Positions 42,707 through 53,624 of a stretch of 64,000 nucleotides of DNA are shown here, piece after piece (the stretch's first letter is position 1; each line of letters starts with the position of its first letter). Position numbers and translations under genes: made by a program. The DNA is from an uncultured delta proteobacterium (GTDB lineage: Bacteria; Desulfobacterota; Desulfuromonadia; Geobacterales; DSM-12255). Under the pieces are notes generated by a model. That model was not told where the DNA came from. It saw nothing but the letters and a program-made list of their open reading frames with translations, and ran no database searches. The stretch covers positions 288,001 to 352,000 of the forward strand of contig CAWBBV010000007.1 in NCBI GenBank assembly GCA_963787125.1. The letters are read 5' to 3'.

Positions 42707-45700
42707 ATGCATAGCCGACAGCTTCTCATTCTAATAGTGATGTTTTGTTCATTGATATTCGCCATGGCGGCCCACGCCCAGCTCCCCCAGATATCCAGCG
42801 GACTCAGTTACCTTACCGCAGCCCAAAACCCTGACGGCACCTGGGAGACCAGTACTTCACCGGTCGAGACCACCGTTGTCACGGTCTCGGCCTTGGAAAC
42901 GCTCAAACTGCTGAACCAGACCGCCGGAACTGCCTATACCAGCGGCGCTGCCTGGCTACAAGGGCAAACGCCGCTTTCCGTTGATACCATTGCTGATCAG
43001 ATCCGCGTTCTTAGTCTTACCGGCAATAGCATCAATGCTCTTCTTCCTCTTATCGATCCAGCCAAAGGAGCCTGGGGCGGAGATGAAGGGTTTTTAGTCA
43101 ACATCCTCGACAGCTCCCTCGCCCTCCAGGCCCTCCACGCCGCCAACTACCCCGACCTCACCGTCATCAATAACGCCCTGGCCTACCTCACAGGAAGCCA
43201 GAACAGCGACGGTAGCTGGAGTTTCTCAACCGGCAGCGACAGCAACATTTACCTGACCGCCATCGTCTCCGCCACCCTCCAGCAGTTCCCCCAGATGACC
43301 AGCATCGCCGCCGCGGTAAACAAGGCCACGACGTATCTACTCGCCCATCAGAACAGCGACGGCGGGTTTGGCCCTTCGATAGGCTCAGGGCAATCACTTT
43401 CTACAGTCTACGAAACTGCCCTGGCCTACACCGCCCTGGCAGCTGTCGCCACCAACGAAGCGGTATTAACGAACGCTGCCAACTACCTCACTTCTACCCA
43501 AGCAACCAACGGCTCCTGGAACAACGACCCTTACTCTACGGCCCTGGCGCTGAAAGCCCTTTACCTCTCGGAAAACCGCCCATCACCACCGCCGCCGCCA
43601 CCGGCAGGGGGCAAGTTCACCGGCACGGTGGTTGACTCCATCACTCTGCAAAAGGTGGCAGGTGTAACCGTTGCCCTGGTGAGCAACAACCTGATCAATA
43701 CGGTCAGCGACAGTGGTGGGAACTTCACCCTGGCTGATGTCCCTCCCGGCGCTCAGAACGTCAACTTTTCCCTTGCCAGTTTTGCTTCGACAACCTCCGC
43801 AGCTACCGCCATTGCCGACGTTACCACGAATCTCGGCAATATTCCGATGACCTCCGCCTACACCACCGGCGCTATCAGCGGCAAGATCCTTGACCAGACA
43901 GGCAAGCCGCTGGACAATGTCGCCATCGCAGTCAGCGGCTCCTGGAGCGGCAGCGCCGTTACCGGGGCAGACGGCGCCTTTGCCTTTGCTTTTGTCACCC
44001 CCGGCGACGTCACCATCACCGCTGCTAAAACCGGTTACCAGAGCTTCAGCGGAGCGGGACGGGTCTACGCCCGCACCACCCTCTCTATCTCCCCCCGGCT
44101 GAACTCTGCCCAGTCCCAGTTAACCACCGGCAGCATTATCGGCAGAGTTATCAGCGACTTCTGGGGCTACCCGATAGACCATCTGTCGGAAGATCAAGGG
44201 GTGAGGGTCACGATTTCCGGGGGCGCATTCGTCGAGCCAGACCCGAATAACGGCGGCAAATTCGCCATCAATGGTCTTGCTCCCAACACATATCAGGTGA
44301 CAATCGGCATGAGCGGCTTTGTCAGCCAGACCTTCCGCCTGATCGTCGTCCCCGGCGTTACCTCCGATTTGGGGACGATCCGCCTGGTCGAGTCAGTAGC
44401 CACCATGACCCTTGTGGGTAAAGTCACGGATACGGCTACCGGACTGCCGATCCCCAGCGCGGAGATTGTCATCCCTGCCACCGGCCAGACCGCCCGCAGT
44501 GATTTTGCCGGGACGTATGCCATTGCTGATATCAAAACGTTCCAATTAGACCTTAAGGTTTCGGCTGTCGGCTATGTGGCGAAAACCGTTGACCTCTACC
44601 AGGTCGGCATCCATGGCTCAATATGGACCCAGACCGTGGATGTATCCCTGACAGCACAGACTACTATGGGTGATATTTCGGGCAGGGTCATTGCTGGCGA
44701 AACAGGCCAACCGTTGGCCGTAGCTACCATTACCCTGGCGGCTGCGGCAGACACAACAGTGACTACCGGTGCGGACGGCATCTTTACCATGAAAACTCTG
44801 CAGATGGGGGTGCAGCAGCTGCTGATAGCCAGCGACGGCTATGCCCCCCGGACAGTAGAGATGGTCATCTTCCCCGGCATGGTCACTACAAGCGGCGACA
44901 TTGCCCTGGCGGCGGTACCCGTCAATGGCGTTATCCGGGGGGTGGTCCGCAACGCTGAGACCGGCGCTACCCTGGCCGGAGTCCAGGTAACGGTCGACGG
45001 CAGCACGAGTTTGCAGACCGTGACGACAACCGACGGCAGCTATCTCTTCGACCCTGTTGCTCCCGGCCCCGTAACCGTCAACATGACGAAGGTCGGCTAT
45101 TACCCGGCCCGGATCAGCGCCACCCTGGCCGAAGGGGGAATGCTGGTCTTCAGTCCAGCGCTGGCCGCCGCCATGCCGGTGACAGTCTCCACGGCCCTGC
45201 AGACCGATAAGCCGGTCTATGCCAAGGGTGATACGGTCGGCTTCACCACAACCCTGATCAACCGCGAGTCCCGTGACCTGACGGCCACATTACGATCGCG
45301 CCGGACGGTTCAGTTGCCCACAAGGCTGCAGTAGTCACTACCCTTGCCTCCGACGGAGTGCGCTCACTGGAAAGCTCATACCCGCTCCCAGCCAGCCTGC
45401 AAGGGGGGATTTACACGGTCTCCGCGGAACTGTTCGACGTGGTCGGGGCCTGGATCGGCGCCGCCACGGGGAGTTTCGGCGTGGCGGTCAGCCGGATTTC
45501 CGTGACCCCCACTCTGCCGCAGATGTTCTCGACCGGCAATAACTCCCTCCTTTTCAATCTCAACAATGTTGGCGATCTGCCGGCAGCCTCCGGCAGATTC
45601 ACCCTTGCCCTCAAGGATGAGTCCGGGCTTGTAGTGGCCGCTATGGAGCAGCCCTTTACGCTTGCCCCGGGTACGGGAAAAACCGTGACCGTCAATCTTG

Positions 45701-48700
45701 CCCTGCCGACACTACCCTTCGGCGCCTACAGCCTGGTCTACAGTCAGAGCGATGAAACCCGCGACGGTGTGCCGGTAACTATTCCGCTCGTTAACGCTGT
45801 TACCATAACCGCTCTCTTCGACAACAATTCCCACCGGGTACGGGACACGGCAACCCTGAACGTAACGGTGGCAAATACCGGCCGGTTCGCCCTGGAGAGC
45901 GGCCTGCCCATCGCCGTCACTCTCCCCGCTGCCGGCTACACCGAGACCAGAAGTCTGGTTACTGTCCCGGTTAGCGGCAATACGCAGGTATTCAGCTTTA
46001 CAATCCCCGCGTCCCTCGGTTCCGGCGAGCACATTGCCAGCATCACCGCCGCCCTGCCGGGAGGTCCGGCCATCACCGCCAGCGCCAAACTGGTGATTTT
46101 CCCGGCGGCTCTCACCCTTGAGCCGTTGCCGACAAACGCCGCGGCAGGCGGCGCCGTCAGCGTACATATTGTCAATAGCGGCGGCATTGATACACAGGCC
46201 GCTTGCCGCTTGAGTCTCTACGATATGACGTCAAAGCTGATAGCGGAAAAGGTTGCCATGGAAACGGCCCTGGCCGGCGCCTCACTGCCCATAGCGCTGT
46301 CGATTCCGGCCGGCGCTGTTGACGGCAGCTACAGCCTGGTGGTGAATTACAGGAACAGCTCCACCGGGGCAGAAGAAACAGTATCCGGCCAGTTGCTCAT
46401 TACAGGTGTCAAAGGAAGTCTGCTGGTTACCACAGGAAAATCGAATTATCTGCCGACGGAGCCGATTGCCGGGCAGAGTAGCATCACAACCTCCGGCTTT
46501 CCTTTGCAGAACGGCAATCTCCACCTGCAGGTAACCAACGCCAGCGGGAGTCGGCAGCAAAGAATCTGGACAAGCCAGTTCGACTTTCAGCAGGGGGTGA
46601 GAAGCGGGCTCGATGCCTACAGCGTCCCTGGAGCAGTGTCGCTACTGTCGCTATCTGATAATTTCGATGATGGCATCCTTAATACGGACAGGTGGACGAA
46701 AATAACCGGTAACGCCGGCATGCCCCCGGCAGAGGAATCAGGATTCCTGAAAACAGAACTGCCGGGCGCTGCTACTGCCGGCAACGTGTCAGCTTTGCGC
46801 GCTGCCTATCTCTTTTCCGGAGATTTTGATATTTCTGTCGACTACTCCATCACGAAATGGAGTTCTCAATCGCATATGGGCATCATTACGTACATTGATG
46901 GCAACGAACTCCGCTGGGGTGTGTTTGCAAATAAGTCGTTTGAAACGATGTGGGCATATTACGATTGGCGTGCAGGGTTTACTGCGCCAGATAACGGCAA
47001 GTTGCGATTGAAGCGCAGCGGAAATATGTACTACTGCTATTTTTGGAATGAATCTGCCTGGACTTTGTTCACCGTATACAGGCTGCCTGCGCCGGCGGTA
47101 ACAGTTCAGTTTTGGGCAAACTCTGACACTCAAGGAAATCCCATGGAAATCCATTGGGACAACTTCACTTCAGATACGAATTTCATCTCAGCCGGAACAA
47201 TGAATTTGAAATACGATAGCGGACAATCGGATTATTGGGACAAGTTTGCGTTCGATGGCGATATCCCTACCGGCACCGGTATCAAGTTCCGGACACGCAC
47301 TGCCGAAACTGAAGCCGGTCTGGCCAGTGGTATGTGGAGCGATTACATCACCACTAGCGGTTCGCCGATCACCAACCCGAAAGGGCGCTGGATCGAAGTC
47401 GAGACTACCATGTCCACAACGGATACAACAAAAACGCCGGTTTTGCGTGATATTAGCGTAACCCAGGGGCATAACCCGGGCGAAATCTTCTGGCAGACCG
47501 ATATCCCGGTCAATCTCGATGCCGGTGCGACCACAGCGCCTGCCAGCAGCATCGACACGCTCGCTCAGCCTGGAAAATACTACCTGCAAGGCACTCTGAC
47601 AGCAGATACCGGCCAGACAACCGCCACGGCCGAGTATCCTTTTTATGTCGTTCAGGGGAATATGCTTCTAACGCTCAGCCCCGACAAGAAACTGTACAAA
47701 CCGGGCGAGACAGTTACCATAAACGGTACGATATCAAACATGGCGACAATCGAGGCGGCCAATCTTGTCTTTTCGGTAAAGGCCAAAGCCGGGACTGGTG
47801 CTGAACAAGCACTGATTGCCGACACCTTCAGCATTCCTGTCGGCAGCAGCCGTACGTTCAAAACAACTACAACCGCCGGAACTGATGGGGTTGTCGCCCT
47901 GATGGCAACGATTGCCCAGAATGGCACAACCTTGGCCGCGGTTGCCGATCAGTACGAAATCTCCAGCCCGAAAGTGGCTGCAACCCTGAGCGGGCCTGAC
48001 AACGCCGGTACTGAGCCGATCACCTTGACGCTCACCCTCGCCAACAGCGGCAAGACCGATGCCTTGATTACCGTCACCAAATCGTTCAACTCCCCGCCAG
48101 AGACGCTAACCATCTCTGCCGGGCAGACAAGGTTACTCCAATACCCCCAACAACTCACCGCCGATTCGAACTATGCCTTCACCCTGTCCGGCGATCTGGC
48201 GCTGCAACTGACGAAGACGGTTGTTTATCTCGCCCCCAAGCAGGCAGCCAAGGTGAGCGTAAAAGCAGTTACTGACAAAATCTCCTATAACGCCATCGAG
48301 AAAGTTGCCATTACCACCACAATAAACTGCCTTAACGCCGGAACAACAGGTGACACTCTTAAGGCAACAGTGATGATAGTCAACAGCGGTGGAGAAGAGC
48401 TCTTCACCGACCAATTCATACTGTCAGCTCCTGATACAGGGAGAATCTACACTGACAGCAGATACTGGAACAGTGCCGCCTATCCGCCGGGCGTCTATGT
48501 CGCCAGAGTGACGGTGGAAAGTGGCGGGGCGGTACTGGCTACCAGCGAAGCGACGTTTACAGTTCTCTCTTCATCCGTGAGCGGAGCAGGAGTTGCAGGG
48601 GCTGTCTCTCCCGCTATGAACGCTGTTTACCTCGGCATTGACGAATCTCTTGCCATTACTGTGAAGAGCAGCGGCAATGAGGATCTGGCTGCGGCTCTCC

Positions 48701-50283
48701 TAGCTGTAACAGTGATCAATCCCGATACTCAGGCAATCATGCAGTCCTACAGCAAGATGATTACCCTTCCCCGCCAAGGGACCTTTACCGACACCGTTAT
48801 TGTGCCGACAGCAGCCTTTGCGGCGCGGGATTATCTGGCCATCCTGCAGATAACACTCCCCGGCATGGCTCAGGCCAAGACCATTGCCGGTACTCCTTTT
48901 AGCGTGAAGATTGCGCCGCCGCCCACGCTGCTTATCTCCACCCTGTCAGACGGCGCCGTGACCAATAACCAGACATTGAACATTACCGGTTCCGCGACAG
49001 GGGTAGTCGCCATAAGGTCGCTCACGATCAACACAACCGACGTGCCGCTCAATAGTGACGGCAGTTTCAGTCATGCGCTGCTGCTGCAAACGGGAGACTA
49101 TGTCGTGTCAACCATAGTCACTGACATCCTGGGGCACACTGCCACCGACAGCCGCACCATCACCCTCGACCAGCTGGCTCCAACCCTGACCATAGATTCC
49201 CCGGCGGACAACAGCACAACTGCCGTTTCTCCCATTGAAGTCAAGGGGAGAGTGGACGAGACCTCCACGGTAACTGTCACGGTAAAGGAGAGCGGCCAAA
49301 CTCTCATCATGAACGGCAAGGACTTTTCGGCCACGGTGTTGCCATTGCCAAGATGGAATACCATCGAAATAACCGCAACAGACTTGGCAGGCAATACTAG
49401 CAGCCAGAAGCGGAGCGTGCTGTTCGACGACCAGAAGCCGTCTCTGGCAATAACCGCACCGGATCAGGATATCCGCACCAATAAAAGCAGCCTGACGCTC
49501 AGCGGCAAAGCTTCCGATCCTTACACCGCCGTTGGCGTTACCGTTGCCATGGACGGCAGTGTGCTGGCTCCGGCGGTGATAGACGGTATTTTCTCCCAGA
49601 TTGTCAACTTTACAGACGAAAAACTCTACCCGATAACCGTTACCGCCAGCAATGAGGTGGGAACGCAGACCACTGTGCAGAGGAATGTCATCTTTGACAA
49701 AACCCCGCCGAACCTGACCATTGACCCGGTTGTTACGCCGACGAACGGCTCAGCCCAGACTATAAGCGGCACCAGGGAAAACGGGATAGCAGTAACCGTT
49801 AGCTGCGCTACCGCCACAGTCGGCGCAGTGGAGTATCCGGCCGGCACTACCTGGCGTGCCGCCATCAGCGGCCTTGCGCAGGGGGAGAACCGTTTGCTGG
49901 CTGAGGCATACGACCTGGCAGGCAACAAGACAACAGCCGTCGCCACGATTCTTTATGTGCCGAAAACGCCGGATGTGTTCATCAGCGCTTCCCGGCAGAC
50001 TCTCTGGCCGCCGAACAAAAAGCTGGTGCCGGTAGTCATTAGCGGAAATGTGGCGACCTTTGGCTCTGACATAAAAGATGTGACCATCTCCGTTGCCGAT
50101 GAATACGGGAAATACAATCTGCAGGGGCTCAAATTCGGCGATACGGTGCTGCTGGAGGCGTGGCGGGAAGGGAGCGACATGGACGGCAGGGTCTACACCA
50201 TTACTGCGGTGGTGACGGATCAGGCTGGAAACAGGGCAACGAAGTCAGCTACGGTTATTGTGCCGCACGATATGGGGAAATAG
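42707..50283 (+). pseudogene. Giant secreted protein (~2500 aa): QW-repeat alpha/alpha barrel, carboxypeptidase-regulatory-like repeats, macroglobulin-like/Ig domains, lectin-like insert; frameshift near 45290
   Basis: ORFs 42707-45334 and 45358-50283 are in different frames. The downstream frame is open from 45277 and continues the same Ig domain. No RBS at 45358. Could be a sequence error or two genes. Confidence 0.7.
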
Positions 50284-50305
50284 AGTAACTCCGGAAGATC
50301 AGGGC

Positions 50306-50338
50306 AAAGGGCCGGGCAGAATATCCGGCCCTTTTTTT
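50306..50338 (+). terminator. Intrinsic terminator ending the accessory block
   Basis: AAAGGGCCGG / CCGGCCCT7. Confidence 0.88.
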
Positions 50339-50447
50339 GCCCCGGAATTGGTTCCTGGCTGTAGCAAGTTCTGTTTCCCTTTCAGGCAAAATAATGTAAG
50401 TTATCCGATCATTATCACGTTGTTGAAAAACTACTCGGGGCTGAATT

Positions 50448-51830
50448 GTGTCTGATAAAAAACGTATTCTGCTCATCGATAATGAAGAAGGCCTCTGTCG
50501 GATGATGGAGGCGGTTCTGCTTGATGCCGGCTACAAGGTTAAGTCCTATACCCGCTCATTTCAGGCTGTCGAGGATTTTGCTCCCGGCGAATGGGATCTG
50601 GTCATAACAGACATCAAAATGCCGGGAATGGATGGTCTTGAGGTGTTGCAGCGGATCAAGGCACTGCAGCCCCAGATTCCGGTCATAATGATAACTGCTT
50701 TTGCGACTGTGGAGATGTCGATTCAGGCTCTGCGCAAAGGTGCTTATGATATGCTGACCAAACCTTTTGAACCTGAAGAGCTTCTTTACCGGGTGAAAAA
50801 TGCGCTCACCCAGACTGAGCTGATTGAGGAGAATAAAGAACTTAAGGCGGAGCTTGCCGGCAAATTCCGTTTCGAGAACATAATCGGCGCTTCAACGGGC
50901 CTTAAAGCTGTGCTGGAGCGTGTTGAAAAGATTGCCATTCGTGACACTTCAATCCTGATAACCGGTGAGTCCGGTACCGGCAAGGAGTTGATCGCACAGG
51001 CTATCCACTATAATTCACCGCGAAAGGGGAAGCGTTTTGTCGCCATAAATTGTGGCGCACTGCCGGAATCTATCCTTGAAGGTGAGCTTTTCGGTTATAA
51101 AAAAGGGGCTTTTACCGGTGCAAAAGAGAACCGCGCCGGACTTCTGGAAACAGCTGACGGTGGGACACTCTTTCTTGACGAAGTGGGTAATCTGCCGATG
51201 AATGTCCAGAAAACCCTGCTCCGGTTTTTGCAGGAACAGGAGTTCAATCGCTTGGGAGATACCACTCCGACAAAGGTTGATGTCCGGATTCTCTCGGCAA
51301 CTAACTCGGACCTGAAGCAGGCAATCAAGAACGGCGCCTTTCGCGAAGACCTATACTACCGGCTTAATGTTGTCAATATCCATCTGCCACCCTTAAGAGA
51401 GCGCAGAGGAGATATCCCTCTTTTAGCGGCTCACTTCATTGTCCTCCAGAACAGCAAGTTCGGAACCGGGGTGAAAGGGCTTGATTCCGAAGCGATGGCT
51501 GCAGTAGCCCAGTATGACTGGCCGGGTAACATCCGCGAAATGAAAAACGTGATTGAGGCTTCCCTTGCGATGGAGAACGAAGAGCATCTGACCTTTGCAA
51601 CTTTGGCCCAGTTTATCGAAATGCCGGAAGTTATTTTCTCATTACCGGTAGATGAGCAGGTAGATGGGGACTACAGCTCTGCCATGGCACGTTTTGAGGC
51701 GGAGTATCTCTCCGGGCTGCTTACCCGCTACGGCTGGAATGTCGATGCCGCTGCCAGAGACGCCGGCATGAATATGGCGACGATGTATCGCAAAATAAAA
51801 AAATATTCGCTCAAAAAGGATTCAGCTTAA
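50448..51830 (+). CDS. Sigma54-dependent response regulator (NtrC/AtoC family)
   Basis: Receiver (TDIKMP), GESGTGKE, GAFTGA, FREDLYYRL, C-terminal HTH. Confidence 0.96.
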   Translation: MSDKKRILLIDNEEGLCRMMEAVLLDAGYKVKSYTRSFQAVEDFAPGEWDLVITDIKMPGMDGLEVLQRIKALQPQIPVIMITAFATVEMSIQALRKGAYDMLTKPFEPEELLYRVKNALTQTELIEENKELKAELAGKFRFENIIGASTGLKAVLERVEKIAIRDTSILITGESGTGKELIAQAIHYNSPRKGKRFVAINCGALPESILEGELFGYKKGAFTGAKENRAGLLETADGGTLFLDEVGNLPMNVQKTLLRFLQEQEFNRLGDTTPTKVDVRILSATNSDLKQAIKNGAFREDLYYRLNVVNIHLPPLRERRGDIPLLAAHFIVLQNSKFGTGVKGLDSEAMAAVAQYDWPGNIREMKNVIEASLAMENEEHLTFATLAQFIEMPEVIFSLPVDEQVDGDYSSAMARFEAEYLSGLLTRYGWNVDAAARDAGMNMATMYRKIKKYSLKKDSA

Positions 51831-52033
51831 CTGCTGAACGAGAAGTGTGGATTGAGGTCGAAGGGTGAGAAAAGCTTTTTTTTTTCTTACTTCGCTTAAA
51901 CTCAACCGGTTTTCCTTTGACCTGTTGCTCCCTTTTTTGTTTTAAGTTTGGCTGAATTTTGTTATAAGCAGTCGGTATGCCTGACCCTCTCGGCCAGAAT
52001 AAGTGAACCCCTATAAAAAGGAAGCTTTCGGAG

Positions 52034-53101
52034 ATGTCAGAAGCAAGGCTGTCCGCTGCATCGAAGGTTGTCGTGCCGCTGGGTGCGGATTCAATACTTG
52101 TTTTCGGGCGGGTGAATATCCGCTATCTGTCCGGTTTTGCCGGGAGTGATGGCGCGCTCCTCCTGATGGAAGCTGAACGGACACTTCTCTGCGATTCCAG
52201 ATATTCACTGCAAGCTCGCAGCGAAGCTCAGCTCTGTACGGTTTTTGAATATAAGGCCAAGCTTGAAGGGATAGCGACACTCCTTAAGGAAAAAGGCTGC
52301 CTGAAGGTTGCTTTTGATGCCGAGCAACTGCCGGTCTCGTTTTTCAACGCTTTGACTGCGGCTACTCCGGGGGTGGAATTCATCCCCCTTTCTGACCAGC
52401 TTGATCAACTCCGCTCGTTAAAGACTGCTGCCGAGATTGAGTTGATAGCCTGTTCTGCCGAGATCGCATCATCTGCTTTTGAAGAGCTGCTCCAGTTGAT
52501 AAAGCCGGGCGTATCCGAGCGGCGGCTAGCGCTTGAGCTGGAAATACTGATGAAAAATAAAGGGGCAGATGAAAAGTCCTTTGATTTTATCGTGGCCTCC
52601 GGAGAGCGCGGCGCTCTTCCCCATGGAAGACCGACGGAGAGGCTTTTAAGCGCCAACGAGATGGTCACAATAGACTTTGGCGCCAGTGTGGCCGGTTATA
52701 ACTCTGATGAAACAGTCACTGTCGCTGTCGGGAAGCCTGACAGTCGACTGTTAGAGATATATTCTGTTGTGAAAAAAGCCCATGATCTTGCGCTCTGTGC
52801 GGTCAAGCCTGGAATTGAGTGCAGGGCGCTTGACGCAATCGCCCGTGAATATATAAAATGCTCCGGCTTTGGAGAATTCTTCGGCCATGGTCTTGGTCAC
52901 GGAGTAGGTTTGGAGATTCATGAAAAACCGACGGTATCTTCCCGAAGTAATCAACTGGTTGAGGAAGGTATGGTTATAACGATTGAGCCGGGTGTGTATA
53001 TCCCTGGTCTCGGTGGTGTCAGAATAGAGGACCTTGTTTATGTTACAGCTGATGGTTGCACTGTTTTAAGTAAAGTTTGTAAAGAACTAATTGTTTGCTA
53101 G
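52034..53101 (+). CDS. Xaa-Pro aminopeptidase (M24)
   Basis: HGLGHGVGLEIHE, TIEPGVY, GVRIED. Confidence 0.93.
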   Translation: MSEARLSAASKVVVPLGADSILVFGRVNIRYLSGFAGSDGALLLMEAERTLLCDSRYSLQARSEAQLCTVFEYKAKLEGIATLLKEKGCLKVAFDAEQLPVSFFNALTAATPGVEFIPLSDQLDQLRSLKTAAEIELIACSAEIASSAFEELLQLIKPGVSERRLALELEILMKNKGADEKSFDFIVASGERGALPHGRPTERLLSANEMVTIDFGASVAGYNSDETVTVAVGKPDSRLLEIYSVVKKAHDLALCAVKPGIECRALDAIAREYIKCSGFGEFFGHGLGHGVGLEIHEKPTVSSRSNQLVEEGMVITIEPGVYIPGLGGVRIEDLVYVTADGCTVLSKVCKELIVC

Positions 53102-53135
53102 AATTTTATCCGTAATAAAAAAGGAGAAAAGAACG

Positions 53136-53600
53136 ATGGATATTAAAGACCTGAAAGTGCTGGTAAAGATGATCACCGAAACTGACATCACTGAGTTCGA
53201 AATGGAGAGCGGCGAAGAGAGGATATTCCTTAAGCGTGGCAGTGAGCCTCAAGTGGTTCAGTATCAGACTGCTCCTGCTCCTGTCTATGCACAGGCTCCC
53301 CATGGGTTTGCAGCCCCTGCTACAGTTGCATCAGCTCCGGCCGTTGCTGAAGATGAGAAGGGCGAGCGGATTCCATCGCCGATTGTCGGGACATTCTACC
53401 GGTCACCGGCTCCTGATGCGGCTCATTTTGTAGAAGTGGGACAGGTTGTGGAAAAAGGTCAGGTGCTTTGCATAGTCGAGGCGATGAAGCTGATGAACGA
53501 GATTGAAGCCGAATTTCGCTGCAAGATAATCAAGGTCTGCCGTGAGAATGCCGAACCGGTAGAGTACAATGATACGTTGTTCATCGTCGAAAAACTCTAG
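53136..53600 (+). CDS. accB: Acetyl-CoA carboxylase biotin carboxyl carrier protein
   Basis: SPIVGTFY, EAMKLMNEI; ATG 53136 after AAGGAG. Confidence 0.97.
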   Translation: MDIKDLKVLVKMITETDITEFEMESGEERIFLKRGSEPQVVQYQTAPAPVYAQAPHGFAAPATVASAPAVAEDEKGERIPSPIVGTFYRSPAPDAAHFVEVGQVVEKGQVLCIVEAMKLMNEIEAEFRCKIIKVCRENAEPVEYNDTLFIVEKL

Positions 53601-53624
53601 CAGAGAGCTTACAGGAGATACTTC

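Noticed and set aside
42780..43570. Squalene-hopene cyclase call for the QW-repeat domain
   Set aside because: Single secreted barrel with no DxDD catalytic motif.
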